Shown: positions 1-7,345 of the stretch, in pieces
Layout: every line of letters begins with the position of its first letter
Numbering within the stretch: the stretch's first letter is position 1
Virus record (IMG/VR): IMGVR_UViG_3300038499_000012
Location: 64,001 to 120,760 of that record
Length of the DNA stretch: 56,760 nucleotides
Reading direction: 5' to 3' (one strand)
From: a virus
Taxonomy: Duplodnaviria; Heunggongvirae; Uroviricota; Caudoviricetes
Translations under genes and position numbers: made by a program
Notes under the pieces: model-generated
What the model was told of the DNA's origin: nothing
Database searches by the model: none
The model's input: the letters and a program-made list of their open reading frames with translations, nothing else

Positions 1-598
1 TAAGATCGAGATTCCTACTACAGACTCCGAAATCACCCTGATACTTAAAACAGGTCATCGACGATCCGTCAATTTTCACGGAAACGTAGAAAGATTTCCC
101 CTGGTAGAACGAGAGTTCTTCAAGAAGATTTTGAATACGTTCCTCGTCCGTCTTAGGAATGTACCCAGGGAAAGCCCCTCTAACCTCACCAGCCAGGCAT
201 GCTGGCACGGGGGCCTCATAGAGACGAATACCTAATAACTCGGAGACATCTTCTCCTACAGCCATTCCTACGCACTCTGGGAACACGGATAAAGGCATGG
301 CGAGTCCTTGAGAGATCTGTCCGAGTTTCCGAGCTGTTTTGAGTCTGTATCCGAGTTTCTCTATTCCCTCCACGATCATCTTCTTAGGTGACGACCCTTT
401 AGCTAAAAATTCATAACGGGGGAGTACCGGGAGGAAGCTGTCCACCTCATGATAGACACAGATGTCACCCTGCTTAAAATCTGTTTTCAGGGCTACACAC
501 TGCCAACCACGAACCTTCACCAGGCAGATGTTGTCCGCGCCTTCAATGGTAAGGACCTCTTCTATAGTTTCGATTGTCGCAAGCTTTCTCACGGACAT
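1..598 (-). CDS. RNA ligase, DRB0094/DraRnl-like family (3' end runs off the window; not in the supplied ORF track)
   Basis: Manual translation from ATG at 598, with AGGAG upstream: MSVRKLATIETIEEVLTIEGADNI...YHEVDSFLP...YEFL...GYRLKTARKLGQISQGLAMPL...YIPKTDEERIQN...VSVKIDGSSMT...GVCSRN. It has the nucleotidyltransferase motif I KxDG and the RKLA / GQISQGL / KTDEERIQN motifs I recognise from this family. Confidence 0.88.
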   Translation of the reverse strand, partial: MSVRKLATIETIEEVLTIEGADNICLVKVRGWQCVALKTDFKQGDICVYHEVDSFLPVLPRYEFLAKGSSPKKMIVEGIEKLGYRLKTARKLGQISQGLAMPLSVFPECVGMAVGEDVSELLGIRLYEAPVPACLAGEVRGAFPGYIPKTDEERIQNLLEELSFYQGKSFYVSVKIDGSSMTCFKYQGDFGVCSRNLDL

Positions 599-609
599 AC
601 TCCTGATTA

Positions 610-888
610 TTACGGTAATCCATCAACACAGATGCATTCGTTATGCTCACACTTTGGACACGGAAGGTTGGTACGCTTCACCGCAGGGACTTCCATTAAA
701 CTACTCTGATTTTTTAAGGTAGGATCTACCGGCTCCCCTAATACCCATCGCATGGCATATCTGCACGTACAGTCAATACAATAGAGATCGTCATCTTTAG
801 GCCATATAGGACAAAGTTTGGGATTGTCTGTTTCTTGAGCTTTACTACACGCCTTTATAGCGTTCCTGATTTCTGTTTCAGTCTTCAT
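610..888 (-). CDS. Hypothetical Cys-rich protein (CPxW, CxxCxC, CxxC...CxC; possible Zn binder)
   Basis: 92-aa ORF co-oriented with neighbours and ending 11 nt before the ligase ATG. Confidence 0.6.
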   Translation of the reverse strand: MKTETEIRNAIKACSKAQETDNPKLCPIWPKDDDLYCIDCTCRYAMRWVLGEPVDPTLKNQSSLMEVPAVKRTNLPCPKCEHNECICVDGLP

Positions 889-1042
889 GATTTGTGCCCT
901 CTAGGGATGTTATTTCTATAATACCTTCATGTTCTAAGTCAGAGTTGTCAATGTCCAGGAAATGAGCTGATAGATTATTGAGCAACACGTCCAGGTCCTC
1001 GGCTTCTAATATGGTATCGGCAACGAATCGGAATTTTGCCAT
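878..1042 (-). CDS. Small acidic hypothetical protein (54 aa, MAKFRFVADTILEAEDLD...)
   Basis: Manual translation. AAGG upstream of the ATG; overlaps the start of the next ORF and fills the gap in the operon. Confidence 0.5.
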   Translation of the reverse strand: MAKFRFVADTILEAEDLDVLLNNLSAHFLDIDNSDLEHEGIIEITSLEGTNHED

Positions 1043-1066
1043 TAGACCTTTTTCTCTTCGACAGTA

Positions 1067-1261
1067 TTAGCGGGGGCGCTCCTTTTTCTTGTACTCAATA
1101 ATCTTTACACAGCCACCCTCTGGGGTGAATAACGTGTCTACATGTAAAATGTGACTAGACTTTATGAGTATGATTTCATTCAAACCATATTGTTCTCTAA
1201 CAATTTCATAGCGATTACACATCAGAGTCGCGATCAAAAGTATGAGAAGAAATATTCTCAT
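1067..1261 (-). CDS. Small hypothetical protein with hydrophobic N-terminus (64 aa, MRIFLLILLIATLMCN...)
   Basis: The non-tRNA part of track ORF 1067..1498. No clear RBS. Confidence 0.35.
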   Translation of the reverse strand: MRIFLLILLIATLMCNRYEIVREQYGLNEIILIKSSHILHVDTLFTPEGGCVKIIEYKKKERPR

Positions 1262-1272
1262 AAATAAATTAT

Positions 1273-1344
1273 TTGGCGCGAGAGGACTCGAACCTCTAAA
1301 TAGCAGGACCAAAACCTGCTGGCTTGCCATTTGCCGACGCGCCA
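1273..1344 (-). tRNA. tRNA-Gln(UUG), CCA not encoded
   Basis: TGGCGCG/CGCGCCA acceptor stem, anticodon arm GCAGG-TT-TTG-GT-CCTGC, T-arm AGAGG-TTCGAGT-CCTCT. Confidence 0.95.
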
Positions 1345-1350
1345 GAAAAA

Positions 1351-1426
1351 TGGTCGGAGTGACTGGATTTGAACCAGCGACGTCTTGGTCCCGAACCAAG
1401 CGCCCTACCAACTGGGCCACACTCCG
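1351..1426 (-). tRNA. tRNA-Pro(CGG), CCA encoded
   Basis: CGGAGTG/CACTCCG-A-CCA, anticodon arm CTTGG-TT-CGG-GA-CCAAG, T-loop TTCAAAT. Confidence 0.97.
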
Positions 1427-1428
1427 AG

Positions 1429-1504
1429 TCGGAGCGATCCGATTTGAACGGATGGTCCCTGCCACCCCAAGGCAGTGCCTTAGACCAGACTGGGCCACGC
1501 TCCG
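1429..1504 (-). tRNA. tRNA-Pro(GGG), CCA not encoded
   Basis: CGGAGCG/CGCTCCG-A, anticodon arm CTGCC-TT-GGG-GT-GGCAG, T-arm ATCCG-TTCAAAT-CGGAT. Confidence 0.95.
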
Positions 1505-1534
1505 AAAAACAAAAAGGCCCTCTTTCGAGGGCCT
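1505..1534 (-). terminator. Intrinsic terminator (attenuator helix 3:4) immediately upstream of the first tRNA
   Basis: Minus strand AGGCCCTC-GAAA-GAGGGCCT followed by TTTTGTTTTT, which abuts base 1 of tRNA-Pro(GGG). Confidence 0.9.
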
Positions 1535-1569
1535 AGATTCACGACAAAACTATTCGCAGGCCCTCGGGC

Positions 1570-1614
1570 TTAGATGACTCCTGGCTGCGGTTGGGGGTTC
1601 CTGCGAGTGTTCAT
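1570..1614 (-). CDS. Putative leader peptide MNTRRNPQPQPGVI (probably leaderless)
   Basis: ATG AAC ACT CGC AGG AAC CCC CAA CCG CAG CCA GGA GTC ATC TAA. The ATG lies 7 nt after the -10 box and has no SD sequence. Confidence 0.75.
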   Translation of the reverse strand: MNTRRNPQPQPGVI

Positions 1615-1621
1615 GTTTCAT

Positions 1622-1650
1622 AGTATACATCAAGACTGGTCAGATTTCAA
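1622..1650 (-). promoter_or_regulatory. Sigma70-type promoter for the leader/tRNA operon
   Basis: TTGAAA-N17-TATACT (-35 at 1650-1645, -10 at 1627-1622). Confidence 0.8.
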
Positions 1651-1653
1651 GGT

Positions 1654-1794
1654 TTATTTTCCAAGAGGCAATGCCCGAAGCAACTCAAGTAGACTCAGTA
1701 GTAGGACAGCAATCCATAACGGAACCTTCCCCATAGCCGTTCCTACCGTCATTACGAAAGCAGCAATCGCCAGAATCAGCAAGACTGTAAGCAT
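1654..1794 (-). CDS. Small two-helix membrane protein (46 aa; not in the ORF track)
   Basis: AAAAGGAG RBS 6 nt before the ATG. MLTVLLILAIAAFVMTVGTAMGKVPLWIAVLLLSLLELLRALPLGK. Confidence 0.75.
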   Translation of the reverse strand: MLTVLLILAIAAFVMTVGTAMGKVPLWIAVLLLSLLELLRALPLGK

Positions 1795-1833
1795 AGCTCA
1801 CTCCTTTTGTTTAAACATGTAGTCCCACCTTGC

Positions 1834-2190
1834 CTATATCACAGCTTCATATTCAATTTGACACTTAGTACACTTTACAACACTGCGACTACCAATTACG
1901 GCAAATCTGTGTTGACATTCTTTTTCTTCAACAGCTTTCTCAACCGACTCTCCATGCATCATTCTCTGAAACATTTCTGGGTCGAAAATAAACAACTTCC
2001 CATCTTTTTCCCCTAAAGTGCAATACCCATAAAGGGCAAGCTCTGCCCCAATATCACTATAAAAACTAAGCCCTCTTTCCACAAAACACTTTGTCAGAGC
2101 CACAGTCTTGTTGTCTATTTCTTCACCTACAGCCTCACTGGTGTGGTATTGATACCGTCTTTCAACCCTTAACTCTTTTGTGTTGAGCAT
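1834..2190 (-). CDS. Hypothetical protein with C-terminal CxH...CxxC zinc ribbon
   Basis: Track ORF 1834..2205. The ATG at 2190 (MLNTKE) has AAGGAAG upstream and is the more likely start. Confidence 0.6.
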   Translation of the reverse strand: MLNTKELRVERRYQYHTSEAVGEEIDNKTVALTKCFVERGLSFYSDIGAELALYGYCTLGEKDGKLFIFDPEMFQRMMHGESVEKAVEEKECQHRFAVIGSRSVVKCTKCQIEYEAVI

Positions 2191-2552
2191 ATTTCTTCCT
2201 TCCACACAATTAATAAAGGGTCTATTCCAGCCGGAATCTTTGAGTCATTTCGAGTAAGATATACTACAGCAGACAGGAAAATGCCTGATGAATAGACCTG
2301 CGAATAACCATACAAAATAGGCATGAGCCGCGTCTTTATCTCGGAATCCACAAAAACAGGACACGAAAATTTAATGGCAACCTTAACAATAGCATATTCA
2401 ATAACAGCCGAATTAATGGCTGACGCATCCAAAATTATCCGAGAATGAATCCAATAAATAAGATCGTTATATGCTTTAGATACGTCATAGGCTGCTGACA
2501 ATTTGTGATAGTGTTTAGGATTCGCCTGTATTGCTATCTGATAGCGATCCAT
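2169..2552 (-). CDS. Hypothetical protein
   Basis: 127-aa ORF starting 7 nt after the vWA stop. Confidence 0.5.
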   Translation of the reverse strand: MDRYQIAIQANPKHYHKLSAAYDVSKAYNDLIYWIHSRIILDASAINSAVIEYAIVKVAIKFSCPVFVDSEIKTRLMPILYGYSQVYSSGIFLSAVVYLTRNDSKIPAGIDPLLIVWKEEICSTQKS

Positions 2553-2559
2553 TTAAGGC

Positions 2560-3972
2560 TCACGGGTCCTTTTTTTCCGAATTTGATCCTGTCACAATAG
2601 TAGGGACAACCTCATCATCGGATACTCCAAATTCCTTAAGCATACTTGCCTGTGTAGATGACGTATATGTAACCGATTTAGATCTCATAGATCTAGCGGA
2701 AGATCCCCGAGAGGTTGAAAAAGCGTTAGAATACGCCGTTGCAGCCATTAATCCTCCACTTAAATACACACTTCTATTCGATGTTTCAGAGGCCATAGTA
2801 GTAAAAACATTACGTATATCTGCAGAATTATCGTGCCACGTGTTGTTCTGAATCCACACTATACCCTTATTCAAAACGACTCCAGCACCGGCATAATCAC
2901 CAGCATCGGCCTTATCTTTTGCTTCCTTCTGGATCTTAGCCGCCTGAATCATAACAAGCTGCTTCTTAACCTCAATATTCGCCTCAGCAGGAACTTTGCC
3001 TGGTTTCACATACTGAATAGTTGCCGTTTCTTCAAAACTGATGTTCTGTTTGGTCTCAACATCCATATAGGTCACCTTTATGGTGCAAACCTTAAAAGGT
3101 CCAGCACACACAGCCTCAGTAGCTTCGGGTATCTGCATCTTCATCATTACATGTTTGGCTTCACCGGTATAAATATCATCTATCACGAATTCAAGCTTAG
3201 ACCCGGTAATTCCTCTATACCCCGGCTTGTTCTCAAATTGATATGAGCTCAAGAACTCCGTAATGGCTGTGTTCCCTGTTGGGTCCACCGTGACTCTTAT
3301 GTTCTGGGCATACAAAGACAAAAGTCCTCCGAGCTCAAGAGCAAAAGCCTTGTTACAGTCCTCACTCTTCTCAATATAGAAATGATTCCCTCGACCGGTA
3401 TTAGATAGAGACAACAACAATTCCGGGTTGTAGTCTGTGCCGTATCCAAACGTCGACAGAGAGACGGTATCCACCATACCGTTTACGATGCTTACTAAGT
3501 CACCGTGCACACTCTTTCCTGCTGTCGGAAGACCGTCGGTAAGTACTACAATCCTGCAGACTTTATTTTTCTCGGCCGTGGCGCATTTCTCGATGGCTAC
3601 CTCAAGGGCTGCACTAAGATTCGTTGCGCTATAATCTCGTAATCCTTTAACGATATTCTTGGCCAACTCACGGTTAGCTTGGGTCATGGGGGCCGTCTCA
3701 AATACTGTTTGAACTTCAGTAGAAAACGTTATGATACCCAACGTATCATTCTCAGTGAGGTGATCCAACAGCTTATCTACTGTAGTCTTCACGGACTCAA
3801 GCTTAGTTCCAGCCATAGACCCAGAAACGTCTATAGCCAGAATCAAATGTAGGGGAATGCGTTTGCTATCTTGTCTTTCAGGGGCTCGAAAGATGGCATC
3901 AAGATGAATGTCGGAGATCTTTGAGTGATCTACTTCAACAAAATCAAAGACGGGACTGAGTGACAGCGACAT
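2560..3972 (-). CDS. von Willebrand factor A (vWA) domain protein
   Basis: MIDAS motif LAIDVSGSM, plus GIITFS, ATNLSAAL, IVVLTDG.PT.G, STFGYGTDYN and GRGNHFYI. AAGGAG RBS. Confidence 0.93.
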   Translation of the reverse strand: MSLSLSPVFDFVEVDHSKISDIHLDAIFRAPERQDSKRIPLHLILAIDVSGSMAGTKLESVKTTVDKLLDHLTENDTLGIITFSTEVQTVFETAPMTQANRELAKNIVKGLRDYSATNLSAALEVAIEKCATAEKNKVCRIVVLTDGLPTAGKSVHGDLVSIVNGMVDTVSLSTFGYGTDYNPELLLSLSNTGRGNHFYIEKSEDCNKAFALELGGLLSLYAQNIRVTVDPTGNTAITEFLSSYQFENKPGYRGITGSKLEFVIDDIYTGEAKHVMMKMQIPEATEAVCAGPFKVCTIKVTYMDVETKQNISFEETATIQYVKPGKVPAEANIEVKKQLVMIQAAKIQKEAKDKADAGDYAGAGVVLNKGIVWIQNNTWHDNSADIRNVFTTMASETSNRSVYLSGGLMAATAYSNAFSTSRGSSARSMRSKSVTYTSSTQASMLKEFGVSDDEVVPTIVTGSNSEKKDP

Positions 3973-4063
3973 TAGAAACTCCTTGGTTTGGCAAAGGCCC
4001 TATACAGCACAACTACAAGTAATATCCGCTTTATACGACATCCCATACTCAACCAAGTATCAC

Positions 4064-6760
4064 TTATTTTGGTTCATTAGGATTTAAACCTTCTATATCC
4101 TTAAGCATCTTATCTATCTGACTCTGAACATCAACCAATGTTTCTCCTTCCACAGGATTGGCAAAACGAGCCCGGATTCCATCCTGCTTCTCGTCATCCC
4201 ATCCTACCCACTTCAACAAATAGTTCAGCTGCTCAGCCATGGTGGTAAGAAGATTGGTCTTCTTACTCAGAACAGCCAATATGATCTCCGTCGAGAGCTC
4301 TTGTCCAGAATTGAACGCATCATACATAGCTTCCTTCAAAGCCTGCTCTATCTCACGGCCACAGAAATGTTCACTGTGCTGTGCAAGCTGCTCAGGAAGG
4401 AATTTATCTGGATTTCTGTTGAGCTTCTTCAAATGTATGCTGAATATATCCTTACGCTCATTGAACTGAGGAAGATTCACAAAAAAAGTCTCATCAAATC
4501 GCTGTATGAGCTCTGGCGGAAGATACTGAATGTTGTTAGACGTAGCTACCGTGAAGACAGGCTTAGTACACTCCTGAAGCCATATCAGAAAACTTCCTAT
4601 AACACGGGCCGTAACGCCGGCATCAGAGAAGGTAGAACTATGCATCCCAGCCAGGCCTTTTTCTATTTCGTCAATGAACAAAATACACGGAGAAATATTC
4701 TCGACGATCTGCAAAACGCGTCTAATATTGCTCTCGGAATCACCTACACGGGATGAAAATACTCGGGCGGGATCGAACTGGATGATCGGAAGTCCCCACT
4801 CATTGCCAATTGCTTTACAGATGAGAGAGTTGTGAGTGACAATGTAACCGTCAGTAAGATAGAGGTTGTAACGATCATCAATCGCGATGCATTTTGCCTC
4901 TTTCTTACCAACGTATTCAATGCGCTCCACAATCCTGTGCAGCTTGCTGTACTTTGTTCTGCCGACGATTCTGTTTTCCTTCCTCTTCAAGGAGAAAGGA
5001 TTGAAGTTGGCCTTAATCCAACAACGGTAGGCTCTCGCACCGGGTTTTTTCTCGCCGTTCTTCCCTTTGTAATGAGGTATCCGGGAAGTAATGGTACACA
5101 AACCGCCCAAAGACTCAACCAACAATTTGAAATCTTGGGCAAGACGAGGGGATGACGTTGCCAACTCGGGATTCATTCCATTGGAGGAAATATCGCCATC
5201 AGTATCCATGAGTCCCTGCAGCAGCTTCATCCGGTCTTTGTGGCTGCTGTAGAGATACTCAATGGGAATGAACTTGTTCACAGAAGTTTTTCCCCACAGC
5301 CCGAGACCCTTCAGGATGTCCTGGTACTTGTTCGGCTTGGGCGACCTCTTGGATCTGCGAATCGAGTGATCGTACTTGCCGTGTTTCTTGGCAACATACT
5401 CTCCCTGACTGTCTTCCGAGAAATACTTGGCTGCCTTTTCAGATATCTCGGCATCCGCCGAACAGAGATCAAGGTGCCGCGGGTTCTTGAGGTCAGCTTC
5501 GTTCCCAAAAGAGCCATCCCCAATCAGAAGACCCAAAATGTAAGGGTCCATCGGAAGAGGGTTGGAATCAAAGTCAACTTTGATCGCGGTTTCGACATAG
5601 ATGTTTCCAACGCCCTCTTTCGACTTCACCTTATCGAGGAGGTACTTGATCGGAACAATCCATTTATCCGCTTGATGACGCCGGTCTCTGAGGGTAACCT
5701 GCCACAAATGGTCTCCGCAGCATTCGGTTGAACTGCCATCCTCAAAATAGACCAGATAGACGTCTACCTTGCCTTGGGGAAAGGTTTCAACAACCGTCGC
5801 CCTCTTCCCATTGGGGGTACACACTACATCCCCTTTTTGGATCTCACCCATAGTTCGGGGTCCGGTAGGGGTAAACACTGTCGCACCCAAAGGCTGAGCT
5901 TTGCCACACCCGGGCAAACCAACCATCAGCAGACCCTTGAGCAGGGGCAATCCGAATTTCCTACCCTCTACAGTCCATCCTCCAGCCGACTTCTTAATCC
6001 ATTTTTTGAGTGTAGCAAGCCCACCAATGCTATCAAAAGTAATCTCGGTTTCGAGCAGAGATAGAAGATCAGTCTTGGCAATAGCGGATTTCTTAAAATT
6101 TCTGATAAAGGGCAGTTCAATCTTCTTGTGCATGAAGTAAGACTGCAAGTACGCCTGTTCTACTTCAAATTTGGTCAACCCTTTCAGATTTATGACCACC
6201 TCTTCCGAGGGAGCGGTAGAATTCTCAGGAAAATCTTTATCAACCTTAAGCTCCAATTCTTTCGTCAGACCGTCCGAAGTAGCCCTAAGAGCATTTTCAT
6301 CCGGTAGATCAAAGAACACGACCTCGGAGAGCCTTTCCAAACTTGGAGGCACCGAGACTGTGTGAGAAATACAGATTAAAGACACGGCGAAACTACTGTC
6401 CAGCTGGTATCTGGACAGTATGTCCTTAATCTTACGAACGATTTGTTTGTCGCTGATATAATTATCGGAATCGAGAAAAATGTAAGATTCAAAAGAGTTG
6501 TTGGCCTGATGGAAATTTTTGTTCAAAATACTATCAAGAATATCTACAGTACTGGACGGACTCCCGATGGCGCAGGAGTTAAATTTCTTTAAAAGTAAAT
6601 CAGACAATGGAACCGTGGACGCCAGTGTGGTGCTGTAGACGAAGAATTTATTCTTCTTCGTATGATTCTTTTCTAGATGTTGTAAGACTTCAATATCACT
6701 CTCAGCAACAACAAACATTAATGGACGATTTGCGCCCATACACTGATCGAGTGTCAGCAT
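4064..6760 (-). CDS. Ycf46-like AAA+ ATPase, interrupted by an intein (541 aa after splicing)
   Basis: FDSIGGLATLKKW, GLLMVGLPGCGK|SL, VGDSESNIR, CILFIDEIEKG, VATSNNIQYLPPELIQRFDETFFVNLP. N-terminal degenerate AAA domain. Confidence 0.9.
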   Translation of the reverse strand: MLTLDQCMGANRPLMFVVAESDIEVLQHLEKNHTKKNKFFVYSTTLASTVPLSDLLLKKFNSCAIGSPSSTVDILDSILNKNFHQANNSFESYIFLDSDNYISDKQIVRKIKDILSRYQLDSSFAVSLICISHTVSVPPSLERLSEVVFFDLPDENALRATSDGLTKELELKVDKDFPENSTAPSEEVVINLKGLTKFEVEQAYLQSYFMHKKIELPFIRNFKKSAIAKTDLLSLLETEITFDSIGGLATLKKWIKKSAGGWTVEGRKFGLPLLKGLLMVGLPGCGKAQPLGATVFTPTGPRTMGEIQKGDVVCTPNGKRATVVETFPQGKVDVYLVYFEDGSSTECCGDHLWQVTLRDRRHQADKWIVPIKYLLDKVKSKEGVGNIYVETAIKVDFDSNPLPMDPYILGLLIGDGSFGNEADLKNPRHLDLCSADAEISEKAAKYFSEDSQGEYVAKKHGKYDHSIRRSKRSPKPNKYQDILKGLGLWGKTSVNKFIPIEYLYSSHKDRMKLLQGLMDTDGDISSNGMNPELATSSPRLAQDFKLLVESLGGLCTITSRIPHYKGKNGEKKPGARAYRCWIKANFNPFSLKRKENRIVGRTKYSKLHRIVERIEYVGKKEAKCIAIDDRYNLYLTDGYIVTHNSLICKAIGNEWGLPIIQFDPARVFSSRVGDSESNIRRVLQIVENISPCILFIDEIEKGLAGMHSSTFSDAGVTARVIGSFLIWLQECTKPVFTVATSNNIQYLPPELIQRFDETFFVNLPQFNERKDIFSIHLKKLNRNPDKFLPEQLAQHSEHFCGREIEQALKEAMYDAFNSGQELSTEIILAVLSKKTNLLTTMAEQLNYLLKWVGWDDEKQDGIRARFANPVEGETLVDVQSQIDKMLKDIEGLNPNEPK
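4829..5899 (-). mobile_element. Intein (357 aa, Ala-start, class-3-type WCT signature) with LAGLIDADG homing endonuclease
   Basis: Starts AQPLGATVFTPTG directly after the Walker A Lys. Block B TECCGDHLW, LAGLIDADG motifs YILGLLIGDGS and LLQGLMDTDG, block F EAKCIAI, end IVTHN|S. Confidence 0.92.
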
Positions 6761-6810
6761 TATGTTATCCGATTTATGATGTAGATATCTTTACGTTTTG
6801 AGAGCAGTCA

Positions 6811-7122
6811 CTATCTGGTCATGTAAAGAATAACCTCTCCATGGGCATTGGTTTCTTCTCGCAACTGCATGCCTTCTTTGATGGCCTCGGCACGGTAATA
6901 GTTTACCGAGTATGCCTGCTTAATCTTATTGACGTCATGAGTATTGTCACTGTCGTGGGTAATGCTTCCAGTCTTGGAATTGATGACTATATTGTGATAA
7001 GAACGTTTCATTTCGATTTGATCTTCACTTACCTCGTTGAAGTCAAAACCGAGTCGACGAAGGGTGTCCTTCATGATCAACATGTTGCGAATTTCAAACT
7101 GAACACAAATCTTGGCTGACAT
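6811..7122 (-). CDS. DUF1257 / Ycf35-like protein
   Basis: Pattern resembles the family (EIRNMLIMKDTLRRLGF ... IKQAYS ... EAIKEGMQL.EETNAHGEVILYM) and the gene sits next to a Ycf46-like AAA, its usual context. Confidence 0.7.
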   Translation of the reverse strand: MSAKICVQFEIRNMLIMKDTLRRLGFDFNEVSEDQIEMKRSYHNIVINSKTGSITHDSDNTHDVNKIKQAYSVNYYRAEAIKEGMQLREETNAHGEVILYMTR

Positions 7123-7154
7123 AATAATACCTTTCTATAACACCATGAAGAGGA

Positions 7155-7328
7155 TTACTTTATGTGTACGTTCTGATAAACAGGAGGATGGTCTTTATCT
7201 TCAACACTGCTAATCTTGCCGGCTTTTTTGGCAATATCCCTCAACTTGAAACACTGATCACTGTGCTCTAAGCCCTCAATTTTCGAGTCCCCGGTCTTGG
7301 AAATCGTGATTTTTGTGTTAGGCAGCAT
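7155..7328 (-). CDS. DUF2997-like small protein (57 aa; not in the ORF track)
   Basis: AAAGGAG RBS. MLPNTKITISKTGDSKIEGLEHSDQCFKLRDIAKKAGKISSVEDK... Position next to the DUF1257-like/AAA genes supports the call. Confidence 0.6.
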   Translation of the reverse strand: MLPNTKITISKTGDSKIEGLEHSDQCFKLRDIAKKAGKISSVEDKDHPPVYQNVHIK

Positions 7329-7345
7329 TTATGTCTCCTTTCTGC

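Larger units (their letters stand above)
1505..1614 (-). promoter_or_regulatory. Putative ribosome-mediated transcription attenuator of the tRNA operon
   Basis: Segment 1 TCGCAGG (1606-1600) pairs with CCTGCGA (1560-1554). Segment 2 GAGGGCCT (1565-1558) is a perfect copy of terminator arm 4 and can pair with arm 3 (1534-1527). The leader peptide has 5 consecutive Pro/Gln codons. Confidence 0.8.

Noticed and set aside
920-951. TTGACA...TATTAT promoter upstream of 610..888
   Set aside because: The spacer is 22 nt and the site lies inside the small ORF 878..1042.
1067-1577. Track ORFs 1067..1498 (-) and 1242..1577 (+)
   Set aside because: They run through three tRNA genes. Only the 1067-1261 part could be coding.
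1554-1606. Hammerhead or HDV-like (theta) ribozyme next to the tRNAs
   Set aside because: There is a three-way-junction look on the + strand, but no CUGANGA/GAAA core. Theta ribozymes lie 3' of tRNAs on the same strand, whereas this lies 5'. The helices are better explained by the attenuator.
1550-1621. Alternative leader ORF MKHEHSQEPPTAARSHLSPRACE
   Set aside because: Its ATG (1621) lies immediately after the -10 box, upstream of the predicted TSS, and it has no SD sequence.
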